Positions 17,059-26,991 of a stretch of DNA of 35,735 nt are shown here, one piece after another (positions within the stretch are counted from its first letter, which is position 1; the number at the start of each line of letters is the position of its first letter). Position numbers and translations under genes: made by a program. Source of the stretch: a virus. Lineage: Duplodnaviria; Caudoviricetes. The notes below the pieces were generated by a model. That model was not told the origin of the DNA. It worked only from the letters and a program-made list of their open reading frames with translations, and searched no databases. Where the stretch lies: the IMG/VR virus record IMGVR_UViG_3300044695_003817, positions 1-35,735 of that record; one strand, written 5' to 3'.

Positions 17059-17136
17059 CGGGATGCGGAAATGTGGGAAAATGCAGCCGCTGAGCCTATC
17101 GAGCCGCCAGCAGCTCACCCTAAACAGGAGCTGCGC
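17055..17136 (+). promoter_or_regulatory. Promoter TTGACG-16-GAAAAT and RBS-occluding leader hairpin
   Basis: GCAGCTC (17110-17116) pairs with GAGCTGC (17128-17134), which overlaps the GGAG RBS. Confidence 0.45.
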
Positions 17137-17580
17137 ATGTCTGATTGGTTGAGAGTGAACCTACAACGGGTTTTTGCTCTCCCAGCGCCAGCCGTGGAAT
17201 GGCTGCTTATGCTCTATGGGGCAATCCAGGTCTTTGATGATGTCGCAGACGGCGATCCAGTCGAGCGAGAAGACCTTAATGCGGCAATCTGGAATACCCT
17301 CGTCGGGATGAATCAGAACACATTTTGGATTGCCAACTCCCAAAATCTCGCCCCACTCGTCGCCACAATGATTTTGAAGTGGCAGGCCTCCGACCAGGCC
17401 GAGCGAGCAGGTAAAGCCGATGCTAAGTCCTTTGGCTGGCGTGCTGGCTACTATGACGTTGTTCTGATGACAGTTGCACTGTGCCACGGCACACAACAGG
17501 CTACAGAAAAAGCGCAACAGGTCATGGAGTTGTATGGCGAGAAATTTGAAGACTATATGAAGGAGTTTAGCCATGCCTGA
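17137..17580 (+). CDS. Helical protein with a DDxxD motif (isoprenoid-synthase-like)
   Basis: QVFDDVADGD; AGGAG RBS. Confidence 0.6.
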   Translation: MSDWLRVNLQRVFALPAPAVEWLLMLYGAIQVFDDVADGDPVEREDLNAAIWNTLVGMNQNTFWIANSQNLAPLVATMILKWQASDQAERAGKADAKSFGWRAGYYDVVLMTVALCHGTQQATEKAQQVMELYGEKFEDYMKEFSHA

Positions 17581-18262
17581 TCCAGTCACTGGTTTAATCG
17601 TGGGCGGATCTCAACTGCTTGGCGGCATGATGCAGGCCGATGCAGCAAGCGAGGCCGCAGGCATTCAAGCAGGCGCAGCAGAGGCTGGCGTAGCAGAGCA
17701 GCGCAGGCAGTTTGACGCACTGCAAGCCCTACTCAAGCCTTACACTGAGGCGGGCCTTCCTGCTCTCCAACAACAGCAAGCATTGCTCGGCCTACAAGGC
17801 CCAGAAGCAGAGCAAGCCGCAATTGAGCGCATTCGAGGTGGAGAAACCTTCCAGGCATTGGCACAACAGGGCGAAGAGGCTCTGCTTCAGCGTGCATCTG
17901 CTACTGGTGGCCTGCGAGGCGGCAACATCCAAGGCGCATTGGCACAATTTAGGCCGGCTTTGCTAAATCAAGCCATCGAGCAGCAATATGGTCGGCTGGG
18001 AGGAATGACTCAGTTGGGCCAGCGTTCGGCTGCCGGTGTTGGCGCTGCTGGCATGGAGACAGGATCAAATGTGTCTAACTTGCTGGCCCAGCAAGGGGCT
18101 GCTAGAGCCGGTGGGGAACTTGGACAGGCTAAGGCCTATGGCCAGCTACTCAATATTCCAGCCCAGGCGGCGGGGATGAGTTTTGGTGGTGGATTTGGAG
18201 GACGAGGAACTGCGGGTGGTGGCGGTCTAATGAGCGAGTTGGCAGGCTACGGAGTCTTCTGA
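17573..18262 (+). CDS. Ejection/DNA transfer protein (P22 gp7-like)
   Basis: Gly/Ala/Gln-rich; L.PY..AG and ASATGGLRGGN motifs. Confidence 0.78.
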   Translation: MPDPVTGLIVGGSQLLGGMMQADAASEAAGIQAGAAEAGVAEQRRQFDALQALLKPYTEAGLPALQQQQALLGLQGPEAEQAAIERIRGGETFQALAQQGEEALLQRASATGGLRGGNIQGALAQFRPALLNQAIEQQYGRLGGMTQLGQRSAAGVGAAGMETGSNVSNLLAQQGAARAGGELGQAKAYGQLLNIPAQAAGMSFGGGFGGRGTAGGGGLMSELAGYGVF

Positions 18263-18271
18263 GGATCAAAC

Positions 18272-20230
18272 ATGGCAATCAACCCACTACAACAACCAAT
18301 TAACTACGCAGTTGAAGTTCAAAGCCCTTTTGAGGCGGCACTTGGTGGCGTAAAAATTGGCGCTGGTCTAGAAGAAATTGAGGCCGCGAGGCAGAAGCGT
18401 GCATTTGATATGCAGCAGTTACAAGCTGCCAGAGCGCAGCAGCAACAGTATCAAACTAGCCTGAATGCTTTTTTCGCAAAGCCTCCTGCTGATCGCAGGA
18501 TTGAGGAATTGCAGCCCCTATTGATTGGGGCAAACAAGCAGCAGTTTGACGCACTGAAACTTGTCGGCGAGCAAATGGGCACAGAAAAGCTCAATAGCGC
18601 AAAAAAGTTCACATCTCAGGTGCTGCTGGCTTTTGAGGCAAACCCGGAAACAGCAAAGACGATCCTTCAAGAACGTATTGACGCGGAGACAGACCCAAAC
18701 CAAAAACGCGCTTTTCAGGACATTCTGACCATTGCAAACCAAGACCCGAATCAAGCTGCTAGGCTTGTGGAGTCGCTTGGGGCTGGCACGTTTGGCGAAG
18801 ACTGGTACAAGGGTATTACGGCTGTAAGAAACGAGCGCAGAACTGCTGCTCTGCAGCCTGCGGCACTTAAGAAAGCTGTGGCTGATGCGGATGCCGCGGT
18901 GGCCGAGGCACAAAGAAAAATCGCTGAGGCTGCAGACACACCCACTCGGCTGGCGGCTGAACAAGACTTGCGCAAAGCTCAAACCGCACAACAGCAAGCC
19001 CTTACTGCTGCAAGCGTAGGCGGCGAAGCTAGGGCCGCAGCACAAGCCCCTGCGGCACTTCTAGAAGCAACTGCTAGAGCTGATGCTGCCGTGGCTGATG
19101 CAGAAAGAAAAGTTGCAGAGGCTGCCGATACGCCTTCTAGACTTGAGGCAGAGGCAGAACTAAGACAAGCCCAAATTGCACAGCAACAAGCCTTGACTGC
19201 AGCAAGCATTGGTGGTGAGGCCAGGGCCGCAGCGCAAGCCCCAGAAGCACTTAGGCGACTGGTTGCCGATGCCGACAAAGCCATTGCCGATGCAAAGACA
19301 GCACAGGCCACAGCGGCTAACGCGGCAGAAACAGCAAAAGCAAATGCCGATCTTGCAAGGGCACAGGCTGAAAGGGCCAAGGTGCAAGCAAAGTATGCAG
19401 AACGTGTTGAAATTGCAGGACTGGATAAAACCAACTGGGATATTAAAAATCTTCGTGACCAGATCAGAGACCGTTCTGCACGTCTGAATCTTGATACTCA
19501 AAAAACAGCGGCAGATGTGGCCGACAAAATGTCGAGCATTAAATCTCGACTGACTGAAATTCCAGCAGAGTCGCGAAAGCTAATCAATGAATCTGCTGCC
19601 TTGGCATCCACTTCCAAACAGGCTGCGGTCCAGTTTAACGATCTGGCCAAGCGAATTGAGGCTGCAGAAGGCGGCAAGGGCGCACTCACATCTGCAACCG
19701 AGTGGCTTGCCAAGGCCACTGGTAGGCAAGATGAGTGGACCCAGATCAGGAACGAATACACCCGAGTTCGAAACACGGTTGCAATTAAAGCGCTGCCACC
19801 TGGCGTTGCAACAGACAAAGACATTGAGCTGGCTCTGAAAGGCATTCCTCCTGAAAATGCCAACGCGGCTACGCTTGCGTCTTTCCTGCGCGGCATGGCC
19901 AAAATGCAGGACATTGATTCGTCCATCAACAACGCCAAGACCGACTGGCTATCGCAAAACAATGGCCTGTTGACCCGTGCTAAAGGAACCTTCATTGCTG
20001 GTGACTACGCAGTAAATGCTGGTGAAACATTTAACGACTTTGCCCAGCGCATCGTCGGTGATGTGTCGCAAAAATATCGTTCACCAGCACAGATTGCAGA
20101 AGAAAGGCGTCAGCAGGCGATTAGCCAAATACCAACCAACAGAACGCCTACACCACCAGCGGCGGCACCGGCGGCCACGGCAGCAAGCGTCATGTCTCAA
20201 GCAGATGCAATTCTTCGCGGAGGTCGCTAA
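18272..20230 (+). CDS. Ejection protein (gp20-like position)
   Basis: Ala/Gln-rich helical; LPPGVATDKDI motif; synteny. Confidence 0.7.
   Translation: MAINPLQQPINYAVEVQSPFEAALGGVKIGAGLEEIEAARQKRAFDMQQLQAARAQQQQYQTSLNAFFAKPPADRRIEELQPLLIGANKQQFDALKLVGEQMGTEKLNSAKKFTSQVLLAFEANPETAKTILQERIDAETDPNQKRAFQDILTIANQDPNQAARLVESLGAGTFGEDWYKGITAVRNERRTAALQPAALKKAVADADAAVAEAQRKIAEAADTPTRLAAEQDLRKAQTAQQQALTAASVGGEARAAAQAPAALLEATARADAAVADAERKVAEAADTPSRLEAEAELRQAQIAQQQALTAASIGGEARAAAQAPEALRRLVADADKAIADAKTAQATAANAAETAKANADLARAQAERAKVQAKYAERVEIAGLDKTNWDIKNLRDQIRDRSARLNLDTQKTAADVADKMSSIKSRLTEIPAESRKLINESAALASTSKQAAVQFNDLAKRIEAAEGGKGALTSATEWLAKATGRQDEWTQIRNEYTRVRNTVAIKALPPGVATDKDIELALKGIPPENANAATLASFLRGMAKMQDIDSSINNAKTDWLSQNNGLLTRAKGTFIAGDYAVNAGETFNDFAQRIVGDVSQKYRSPAQIAEERRQQAISQIPTNRTPTPPAAAPAATAASVMSQADAILRGGR
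18857..19295 (+). repeat. 192-bp (64-aa) tandem repeat, about 2.3 copies
   Basis: Units start at 18857, 19049 and 19241. Confidence 0.85.
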
Positions 20231-22150
20231 ATGGCTACCGCACAAGAGTATGCAGCCTGGATCGTCAAAAATGCTGATAAACGTGGAACCCCTGAGTTTG
20301 ACACTGTTGCCCAGGCATATCAGTTTGCAAAGGCTCAAGAAACTACAGCAGTCACACAGGCTCAGATTGCACCTCCACCAACTACACCAACGCTAGGCCA
20401 ACGGCTCGTCGGTGCCGGTGAGACTGCGTTGACCCTTGGAACAGCGGCCACTGGTGGCACGCTTGGCACGATTGCTGGAGCATTGCAAGGCCTGTCGCAA
20501 CAGATACTGTCTGGTCAATTTGGCACGGCAGAAGCCATGCGTGCCGTTGAGAAAGCGGCAGCAGAGGGCGGCCAGGCTCTGACCTATCAGCCACGCACAG
20601 AAACCGGCCAAGAAATGGCGCAGTCTACTGGGCAATTCTTGGCAACAGCCTTGCCTCCTGTTTTGCCGGTGATTGCAGCGCCAGGTCAGTTGGTGCAAAC
20701 TGCAAGAACGTCTGTACCTGTTGTGCAAGCTACAGCTCGGCGTGGCGCTACTGCAGCGCAACAGGCAGCCAGGGCAACTGGGCAAGTTTTGTCTAGGCCT
20801 GTTCAGACGGCCACCACTGCCGTGCGCGAGACACTTGGAATTGAACCGTCTGCTCCTGCTCCAATACCCGGACGTGTGTCTGTTGGTGCAGCAGCGACTC
20901 CAGTTGAATTGCAGCGAGTAGCTACTGCTGAGCAATTGGGCTTCGTTGGCCCAGCCGGTCTGACAGCAGGGCAAAGAACACGCAATTTTGATGACCTGAA
21001 GTTTGAAAAAGAAACCGCAAAGCTAGGCGATGTTGGTGCGCCGTTGCGAGAGCGAGTCAGCAATCAAACGGCAAATTTACTACAGCAATTTGACGCAATG
21101 GTTGACCGCACAGAGCCGCTGCTTGTGGATGTTAGAGATATTGGCAAAGCTGTAGATAAAGCCGTAGTCAACAAGGCTGAAGTGCAAAGAAGAAGGGTAA
21201 ACAACGCTTATACAAAAGCTAGAGAAGATGGTTCTATGCTTGAGCCAGTTACATTGGATGCTCTGGCTACAGCGGCGGCTGATGTGCAGCGTTTTGAAGG
21301 CGTTGCGGCAAACGTAGCACCTATTCGCAGAGAAGCTCTCAGACTTGGTGTTTTAGCAGAAGATGCTGATGGCAATTTGATTGCCCAGGCACGCTCTATT
21401 GACGATACAGAGCTTCTCCGACAGTTTGTCAATCAGTCCACAGACTGGACGGACAAGCGTCAGTCTTTGATGGCCAAAAAGATAAACTCTGCTATTGATG
21501 CCGGCACTGAGGGCAAAGGCGGTGAAAGTTACAAGGCTGCTCGGAAATTACGCGAAAATTTTGCGAATGAGTTCCAAAACGTCGGTTTAACGGCAAAACT
21601 GTTATCAACCAAACGAAACACCGACGAGCGCACCATTGCCTTTGATGACGTTTTTGACAAAATCATTATTAATGCGCCATTGGAAGAAATGAACAAGGTC
21701 CGAAAGACTTTGCTTACAGCAGGGCCAGAGGGCAAACAGGCATGGAACGAACTAAAGTCCAACACGATTCGATTCATTATCAACAAAGCCTTGTCAACAG
21801 CGCAACGCGATGAGCGTGGGCAGCCACTTGTATCTCCAGACAAACTTAACAGTGCTATCAGATCATTAGATAGAGAAGGCAAGCTAGATGGTTTGTTTGG
21901 CAAGCAGCAAGCACAGCAAATTCGAGACCTTGGCAATATAGCCATTGACATCTACACAGCACCACCTGGCGCAATTAACTTCTCAAACACGGCATCTGCC
22001 TTGCAAGTTGCATTGGACTCTGTTGCGACATTTGGTCTGACTGGCATTCCAGCGCCAGCAGTTACAGCTTTGCGTGAGGCATCAAAGTATGTGAAAAACC
22101 GAGAGGTAAGGAATCGAGTGCAGCAATCCCTCAAGCCTTTAAAGCCATGA
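20231..22150 (+). CDS. Ejection protein (gp16-like position)
   Basis: Large helical protein; hydrophobic Gly/Ala N-terminal segment; LTAGQ and NFSNTA motifs. Confidence 0.7.
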   Translation: MATAQEYAAWIVKNADKRGTPEFDTVAQAYQFAKAQETTAVTQAQIAPPPTTPTLGQRLVGAGETALTLGTAATGGTLGTIAGALQGLSQQILSGQFGTAEAMRAVEKAAAEGGQALTYQPRTETGQEMAQSTGQFLATALPPVLPVIAAPGQLVQTARTSVPVVQATARRGATAAQQAARATGQVLSRPVQTATTAVRETLGIEPSAPAPIPGRVSVGAAATPVELQRVATAEQLGFVGPAGLTAGQRTRNFDDLKFEKETAKLGDVGAPLRERVSNQTANLLQQFDAMVDRTEPLLVDVRDIGKAVDKAVVNKAEVQRRRVNNAYTKAREDGSMLEPVTLDALATAAADVQRFEGVAANVAPIRREALRLGVLAEDADGNLIAQARSIDDTELLRQFVNQSTDWTDKRQSLMAKKINSAIDAGTEGKGGESYKAARKLRENFANEFQNVGLTAKLLSTKRNTDERTIAFDDVFDKIIINAPLEEMNKVRKTLLTAGPEGKQAWNELKSNTIRFIINKALSTAQRDERGQPLVSPDKLNSAIRSLDREGKLDGLFGKQQAQQIRDLGNIAIDIYTAPPGAINFSNTASALQVALDSVATFGLTGIPAPAVTALREASKYVKNREVRNRVQQSLKPLKP

Positions 22151-22163
22151 AGCCTTTAACGCA

Positions 22164-22192
22164 TTGCCACCAGTGCAGCCTTAATAGACAAT
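22164..22192 (+). promoter_or_regulatory. Putative promoter TTGCCA-17-GACAAT
   Basis: Intergenic, upstream of the tailspike. Confidence 0.5.
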
Positions 22193-22211
22193 TCGACCAG
22201 GAGAACCAACA

Positions 22212-24482
22212 ATGAGCGCACTCTCGATTCAAGTCCCATTCCCGGTCTTTCAAGACCGTGATGGCCAGCCATTGGAGAATGGTTATATCTGGATTGGCCA
22301 GGCAAATCTGAACCCACAGACGAACCCTGTCGTGGTGTACTTCGATGAGGCTCTGACCATCGTTGCTGCACAGCCACTGCGCACGCTCAACGGATACGTT
22401 TCCCGCGCAGGCACACCAGCCCAGATTTACGTTAATGGCGTGAACTACAGCATCTTGGTGCAGGACAGCAAAGGCTCGATGGTCTACAACTTCCCAGACG
22501 GGACTGGAATTGAAGCAGTCATTGACTCTTGCGATGTTGAGTATGACCCCACATTCACAGGTGGCGTGGCATATCCACTTTGCCAAAAGCTGGCCCAGAG
22601 CGTCAGCGCAAAAGACTTCGGCGCTGTTGGAGATGGCGTGGCAGACGACACGCTGGCCATGCAAGCAGCAGTCGATGCCGCGCAATATGAGATCGATCTT
22701 GTCGGTGGTACTTACCGCATCACCTCAGTCGTCACATTCTCTGAAAGCAACATGACCATCAAAAACGGCACTCTGCTGTTTGATGGCGTTAACACAGCGC
22801 GCCTTGCCAAAATCACTGGCGACAACGTGACGTTTCAGAACGTAGTCTTTGACGCAAACAACCTCCAGCCAAAGGCAAGTTTGGTTTATATCGAAGCAAA
22901 CACAGACCGACCAGTGTTTAACGGATGCACATTCAAGAGCATCACGGCTCGGTCTTGGGGCACTACACCACTCAACCAGTGCTACGCTCTGTTGATAAGT
23001 CCATATGCCGTCACAAACTATGAAGTTGTAAACTGCCTGTTTAAAGACCTCATCAAGTACAACGATGGCAGCGGCACAGTTCCTCCGGTTGCTGCAACGG
23101 TTGGCATTGGATTCATTGGTGGTATTTGCTTTATGCCAGATGACTTGGCAGTGCCTACCGCACCGCAACCAATCCCAACAGCGGGCCTTGTGACGGGATG
23201 CACGTTTGAAAACATCCAAACAATCTTGGCTGCTGGTTTAAGCATTGGCGATCAGGCTAACTTTAGCGATGCGGATGCTATTCGTACATACGGCGAACCG
23301 GGCGGCGCTGAGATTTTGTCTGTCCATGTGGCCGATTGCATTTTCCGTCAGTGCTCCAAACGTGCACTTAAGTTCCGCGCTGCTGAGTCAATTGCACACG
23401 ATTGCGAAATTTATGCAGAGGGTATGCAGTACGGTATGATCGTGCCGATTGACATAACCGACAACATCAAAATTCAAAACATCAAGGTTTTTGCATCTAC
23501 TGCTAAGCCTGTTCAATCTGGTGTTCAGTGGGCGCCTGGCCCTCTTGTTTCTAACCGTGAAACATTGGTTCAAGGTTTGTTTGTGTCGCACTGCATCGTT
23601 GGTGTTGGTTTCTTTTCAGACGCAGCCAACAAACCATTGCGAAACTTTATTTTAAAAGACATTTTTATCAATCAGGCTTCTGGTGGCGGTATTCGTCAGG
23701 GCACGCCTTTACCATCTACGCAAGAAAACATTGTCATTGAAAACTTCCAAGTTTTTGGCAGTGGCAACAATTGCACGGGCATTACCATTACTGGCGCAAG
23801 TGACGGTACTGGCAGCGTTCAAATGGATAATATGTTAGTTGTCAATGGGTCGTTTTCTGTTGCAGGCATCAACAACAGCATTTCCAATGTTGAGGTTGAA
23901 ATATCGTCATCTTCTTTTGCTGGTGAAACTACATCGCAGCCGTTGTTTAGGGTAGGCACTACTGGTTCTGGTGGCTATCAAAACGTCAACAATGTATTCA
24001 TCAACGCTTTCAATTTGGACACAGCATTTTCAAACGCAACACGACAAGTTCTGAACGAGTTTATTGGCGACAATGGCGTGTTTAACAACATCCGAATCAA
24101 AGTTCCACAGGGACTAGCTGTGACATACGCCCATGCAGACATCTATGGTCGTGAGATGAATTTCGACGGGTTTCAATACGATGGTGCTGGCCGCGTCCAC
24201 TTTGGTACAGTTGCACCATTGATTCGTGGAACCATCCTTAACGCAACAAGGATGAGCAACAACGGCAGCGCTTGCGCTGAGTCTTTTCTTTACACCAGCA
24301 ATGCAAGCACCACTCAAGTGGCGCTCATGAACATTACTGATCTTCGCGCCACAACTGCATCGTCAATTGTCATCAATGCTGGCACCGAGTTTATTGTTTA
24401 CAACGTGGCGTCCAAGACCAGCAACGGCACGATTGTGCAAAACGGTGGTTTGGCAAAAACTGCCAACATCAATACTTTCTAA
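22212..24482 (+). CDS. Tailspike (P22-like head-binding domain plus beta-helix)
   Basis: F.D.DG.PL.NG.I.IG N-terminus; SAKDFGAVGDGVADDT.A.QAA; Asn/Ile/Gly-rich beta-helix. Confidence 0.87.
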   Translation: MSALSIQVPFPVFQDRDGQPLENGYIWIGQANLNPQTNPVVVYFDEALTIVAAQPLRTLNGYVSRAGTPAQIYVNGVNYSILVQDSKGSMVYNFPDGTGIEAVIDSCDVEYDPTFTGGVAYPLCQKLAQSVSAKDFGAVGDGVADDTLAMQAAVDAAQYEIDLVGGTYRITSVVTFSESNMTIKNGTLLFDGVNTARLAKITGDNVTFQNVVFDANNLQPKASLVYIEANTDRPVFNGCTFKSITARSWGTTPLNQCYALLISPYAVTNYEVVNCLFKDLIKYNDGSGTVPPVAATVGIGFIGGICFMPDDLAVPTAPQPIPTAGLVTGCTFENIQTILAAGLSIGDQANFSDADAIRTYGEPGGAEILSVHVADCIFRQCSKRALKFRAAESIAHDCEIYAEGMQYGMIVPIDITDNIKIQNIKVFASTAKPVQSGVQWAPGPLVSNRETLVQGLFVSHCIVGVGFFSDAANKPLRNFILKDIFINQASGGGIRQGTPLPSTQENIVIENFQVFGSGNNCTGITITGASDGTGSVQMDNMLVVNGSFSVAGINNSISNVEVEISSSSFAGETTSQPLFRVGTTGSGGYQNVNNVFINAFNLDTAFSNATRQVLNEFIGDNGVFNNIRIKVPQGLAVTYAHADIYGREMNFDGFQYDGAGRVHFGTVAPLIRGTILNATRMSNNGSACAESFLYTSNASTTQVALMNITDLRATTASSIVINAGTEFIVYNVASKTSNGTIVQNGGLAKTANINTF

Positions 24483-24490
24483 GGAAAAAT

Positions 24491-25138
24491 ATGGCCGACA
24501 CCAAAATTTCTGCGCTTCCAGCAGCAACCACTCCGCTTGCTGGTACGGAGGTATTGCCGATTGTTCAAAGTGGAGCAACAGATAAGGTATCTGTTGCCAA
24601 TTTAACTGCGGGTCGCGATGTTTCTGCGTCTAGTTACACACCTACTGGTGCAACTATTCCCGCCAACGGAATTTACTCTCCAGCAGCAAATGCTACTGGT
24701 TTTGCAAATGCAAGTATTGAAACTTTTAGAACAACCGCAATTAACTCAGTTCAGATTGGTTCTGCTAGTGGGTCTCTTGCAAAGATTTTTGTATACGACA
24801 ACAACTCTGCTGGTGATGCTGTGGGAAATGCATCTTTATTTATTCGTCAAGATGGTACTAACCACATTCAAACTTGGGCAGGTTCGGGCGGTAATGTCAG
24901 AGGTTATTGGACATCCGCAGGCAACTTGGTTATTGATGATGAAAACCTAGTCATCGGCACATCTGGTAAAGGCATTACATTACCGGGAAATATCACTTGG
25001 ACAAGTGGTTCTGGCAGTCCAGAAGGTGTTGTAACTGCACCTGTTGGATCATTGTATTCACGAACTGATGGTGGTGTACTTACGTCACTGTACGTTAAAC
25101 AATCCGGAACCGGAAATACTGGCTGGGCAGGAAAATAA
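24491..25138 (+). CDS. Tail fibre/accessory virion protein
   Basis: KISALPAATT N-terminus; GSGSPEGVVTAPVGSLY.RTDG...GNTGW C-terminus. Confidence 0.7.
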   Translation: MADTKISALPAATTPLAGTEVLPIVQSGATDKVSVANLTAGRDVSASSYTPTGATIPANGIYSPAANATGFANASIETFRTTAINSVQIGSASGSLAKIFVYDNNSAGDAVGNASLFIRQDGTNHIQTWAGSGGNVRGYWTSAGNLVIDDENLVIGTSGKGITLPGNITWTSGSGSPEGVVTAPVGSLYSRTDGGVLTSLYVKQSGTGNTGWAGK

Positions 25139-25139
25139 A

Positions 25140-25304
25140 ATGTTAAAAGCTGTTCGCGCATCACTCACAACCGGCCTTTTAAGCTGGATAACATCACGAC
25201 CAAAAGTCGTTCCATTGCAAAGTCAAACTCAACTTTATGGCGTTTTGCTAAAAGAAGATGGCTTTGCTTTGCTTCAAGAAGATGGTTCAGAAATCATTTT
25301 GTAA
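25140..25304 (+). CDS. Small protein with LL.EDG repeats
   Basis: LLKEDGFALLQEDG, seen near tail genes. Confidence 0.55.
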   Translation: MLKAVRASLTTGLLSWITSRPKVVPLQSQTQLYGVLLKEDGFALLQEDGSEIIL

Positions 25305-25315
25305 TTGGAAAAATC

Positions 25316-25672
25316 ATGGCATCAAATAGTCAAATTGCATTCGCACCCCTTGGCAACACAGTCGTAATCCCTGCCACGACTTCTGCCTCTACTGGCGTCC
25401 AGGCTCTGGTGTTCTCAAGGCTTGATGCCCAAAGCACAGGCCAATACCGCATCATCAACATTAGCGCCAATACGGTGTTTTTGGGCGTTGGCCCAACGGC
25501 AGCTATTGCAGAGGCTAATGCAGTAGCTCCTGTCGCTGGCACGCCTTCAGCGGCGATTGTGCTGGTTCCCGGTGCTGTTGAAGTGCTGCGCTTTAATCGT
25601 GAGTCCTATTTCTCGGGCCTGGCCCCTGCTGGTGCGTCTACTGTCTACATCGTGCCAGGCGAAGGCCTGTAA
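25316..25672 (+). CDS. Putative virion protein
   Basis: Beta-rich; C-terminal YIVPGEG. Confidence 0.65.
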   Translation: MASNSQIAFAPLGNTVVIPATTSASTGVQALVFSRLDAQSTGQYRIINISANTVFLGVGPTAAIAEANAVAPVAGTPSAAIVLVPGAVEVLRFNRESYFSGLAPAGASTVYIVPGEGL

Positions 25673-25860
25673 TGCGCGAGCAGATTATGAAGATGGTTCA
25701 AGAGAACCCACGGACGGTTAAAGAGCTGGCCGATGCTCTTGGCTTGTCCAAAGATGAAGTTCTAGCCCATCTGTCTGATCTGCCTGTGCGTCAGGTTCGA
25801 ACCGTCTTGCACAACGGGCGCAGTAGGCCCACTGTGATGTTTCAGATTGCCCCAGAATGA
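25672..25860 (+). CDS. Small winged-HTH-like protein
   Basis: TVKELADALGLSKDEVLAHL. Confidence 0.55.
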   Translation: MREQIMKMVQENPRTVKELADALGLSKDEVLAHLSDLPVRQVRTVLHNGRSRPTVMFQIAPE

Positions 25861-26276
25861 CTGTCTATCTAGCACTGCGCCACACAGACAGCCCTGGCTT
25901 GCCGGGGTTGTTTTCCAAGTACACCCGTTGGCGGTTACACACACGCTATCCACATGCCGGGATTGCCATTGATGACTTGATGTACCACGCAACTTTTAAA
26001 GATGGCTTACACGTTTCTTTCTACAAGCCTGAAGAATGGGACTTGATCCCCATTAAACTATCTGCTGAAGACGTTACTTCACAATTCAAAGAAACCAAGT
26101 ACGATTGGTTTTCATTGTTATGGTTTATATTACCGTTCAGGGCAAGTAAGCGGAGTTGGCTGTACTGCTATGAATGGTGCTGGTTGTGTATGACCCGTCA
26201 ACTCCCCACGCAACGTGTTACGCCAGAAAATTTATTGGCACTTACGCTAGGGGTTGATTCATGGAGAAAACCGTGA
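25857..26276 (+). CDS. Permuted papain-like (NlpC/P60) amidase-like protein
   Basis: HAGI ... KYDW ... YCYE ... VTPENL order (His before Cys). Confidence 0.65.
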   Translation: MTVYLALRHTDSPGLPGLFSKYTRWRLHTRYPHAGIAIDDLMYHATFKDGLHVSFYKPEEWDLIPIKLSAEDVTSQFKETKYDWFSLLWFILPFRASKRSWLYCYEWCWLCMTRQLPTQRVTPENLLALTLGVDSWRKP

Positions 26277-26539
26277 GCTGGAGATGGTTTACCGAAAAGG
26301 TCTTGCCAAGCCTGTTTGTTACCATGACTTTAACGGTTATTGGCGGTGCGTGGGCTATATACCGCACAATTGACGACTTGTCTGATGCGGTGCAAAGCCA
26401 CCAAAAAGACATTACGTTGCTGCAAATTTCGGTCAAGGAGCTGCAAGCAAATTCAGTCACTAGGTCTGAACTTCTTGAAACGATGAAGCGCGTAGAGCAG
26501 CAACTAGAGATCATGATGCTGCGGGCCAAGATCAAATGA
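26261..26539 (+). CDS. Single-TM coiled-coil protein (holin/antiholin candidate)
   Basis: One TM then a coiled coil; directly before the endolysin. Confidence 0.5.
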   Translation: MEKTVSWRWFTEKVLPSLFVTMTLTVIGGAWAIYRTIDDLSDAVQSHQKDITLLQISVKELQANSVTRSELLETMKRVEQQLEIMMLRAKIK

Positions 26540-26991
26540 CTTTTAAACTTAGCGCACGATCCATAGACCGTCTTGTTGGGGTAAACCCTAATTTGATTTG
26601 TGTTGTGCAGCGTGCGATTGAGTTGACAAAAGTAGATTTTGCAGTAACCGAAGGGCTACGCACACCAGAGCGCCAGCGCGAGCTGTACGCCAAAGGAGCA
26701 AGCCAAATTAAAGAGGGCGGCACACATATCGAGGGGCGGGCCATTGACCTAGTAGCCTACATCGGTAACCGCATCTCTTGGGAATTGAACCTGTACGACG
26801 ACATTGCAGACGCGATGCGTTTAGCAGCAATTGAGGCGAATGTAGGACTGCGCTGGGGTGCGGCATGGAACATTCCTGACATCCGAAAATGGAATGGCTC
26901 TATGGAGTCGGCAATGATGCACTACATTGATACCCGCCGTAAGCAAGGCCAGAGGCCGTTTATAGACGGCCCACACTTTGAGCTGGTGTGA
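26536..26991 (+). CDS. Endolysin, M15 L-Ala-D-Glu peptidase
   Basis: EGLRT.ERQ..L, H..GRAID, WG..W, DGPHFEL. Confidence 0.92.
   Translation: MTFKLSARSIDRLVGVNPNLICVVQRAIELTKVDFAVTEGLRTPERQRELYAKGASQIKEGGTHIEGRAIDLVAYIGNRISWELNLYDDIADAMRLAAIEANVGLRWGAAWNIPDIRKWNGSMESAMMHYIDTRRKQGQRPFIDGPHFELV

Noticed and set aside
22133-22159. AAGCCTTTAA direct repeat as an att site or target-site duplication
   Set aside because: Only 10 bp with 7 bp between copies; no integrase or transposase
22212-25138. Diversity-generating retroelement or invertible tail-fibre system
   Set aside because: No reverse transcriptase, invertase or TR/VR pair seen
5102-26744. Many minus-strand ORFs inside structural genes
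   Set aside because: Antisense shadows of codon-biased genes, with no RBS or recognisable motifs
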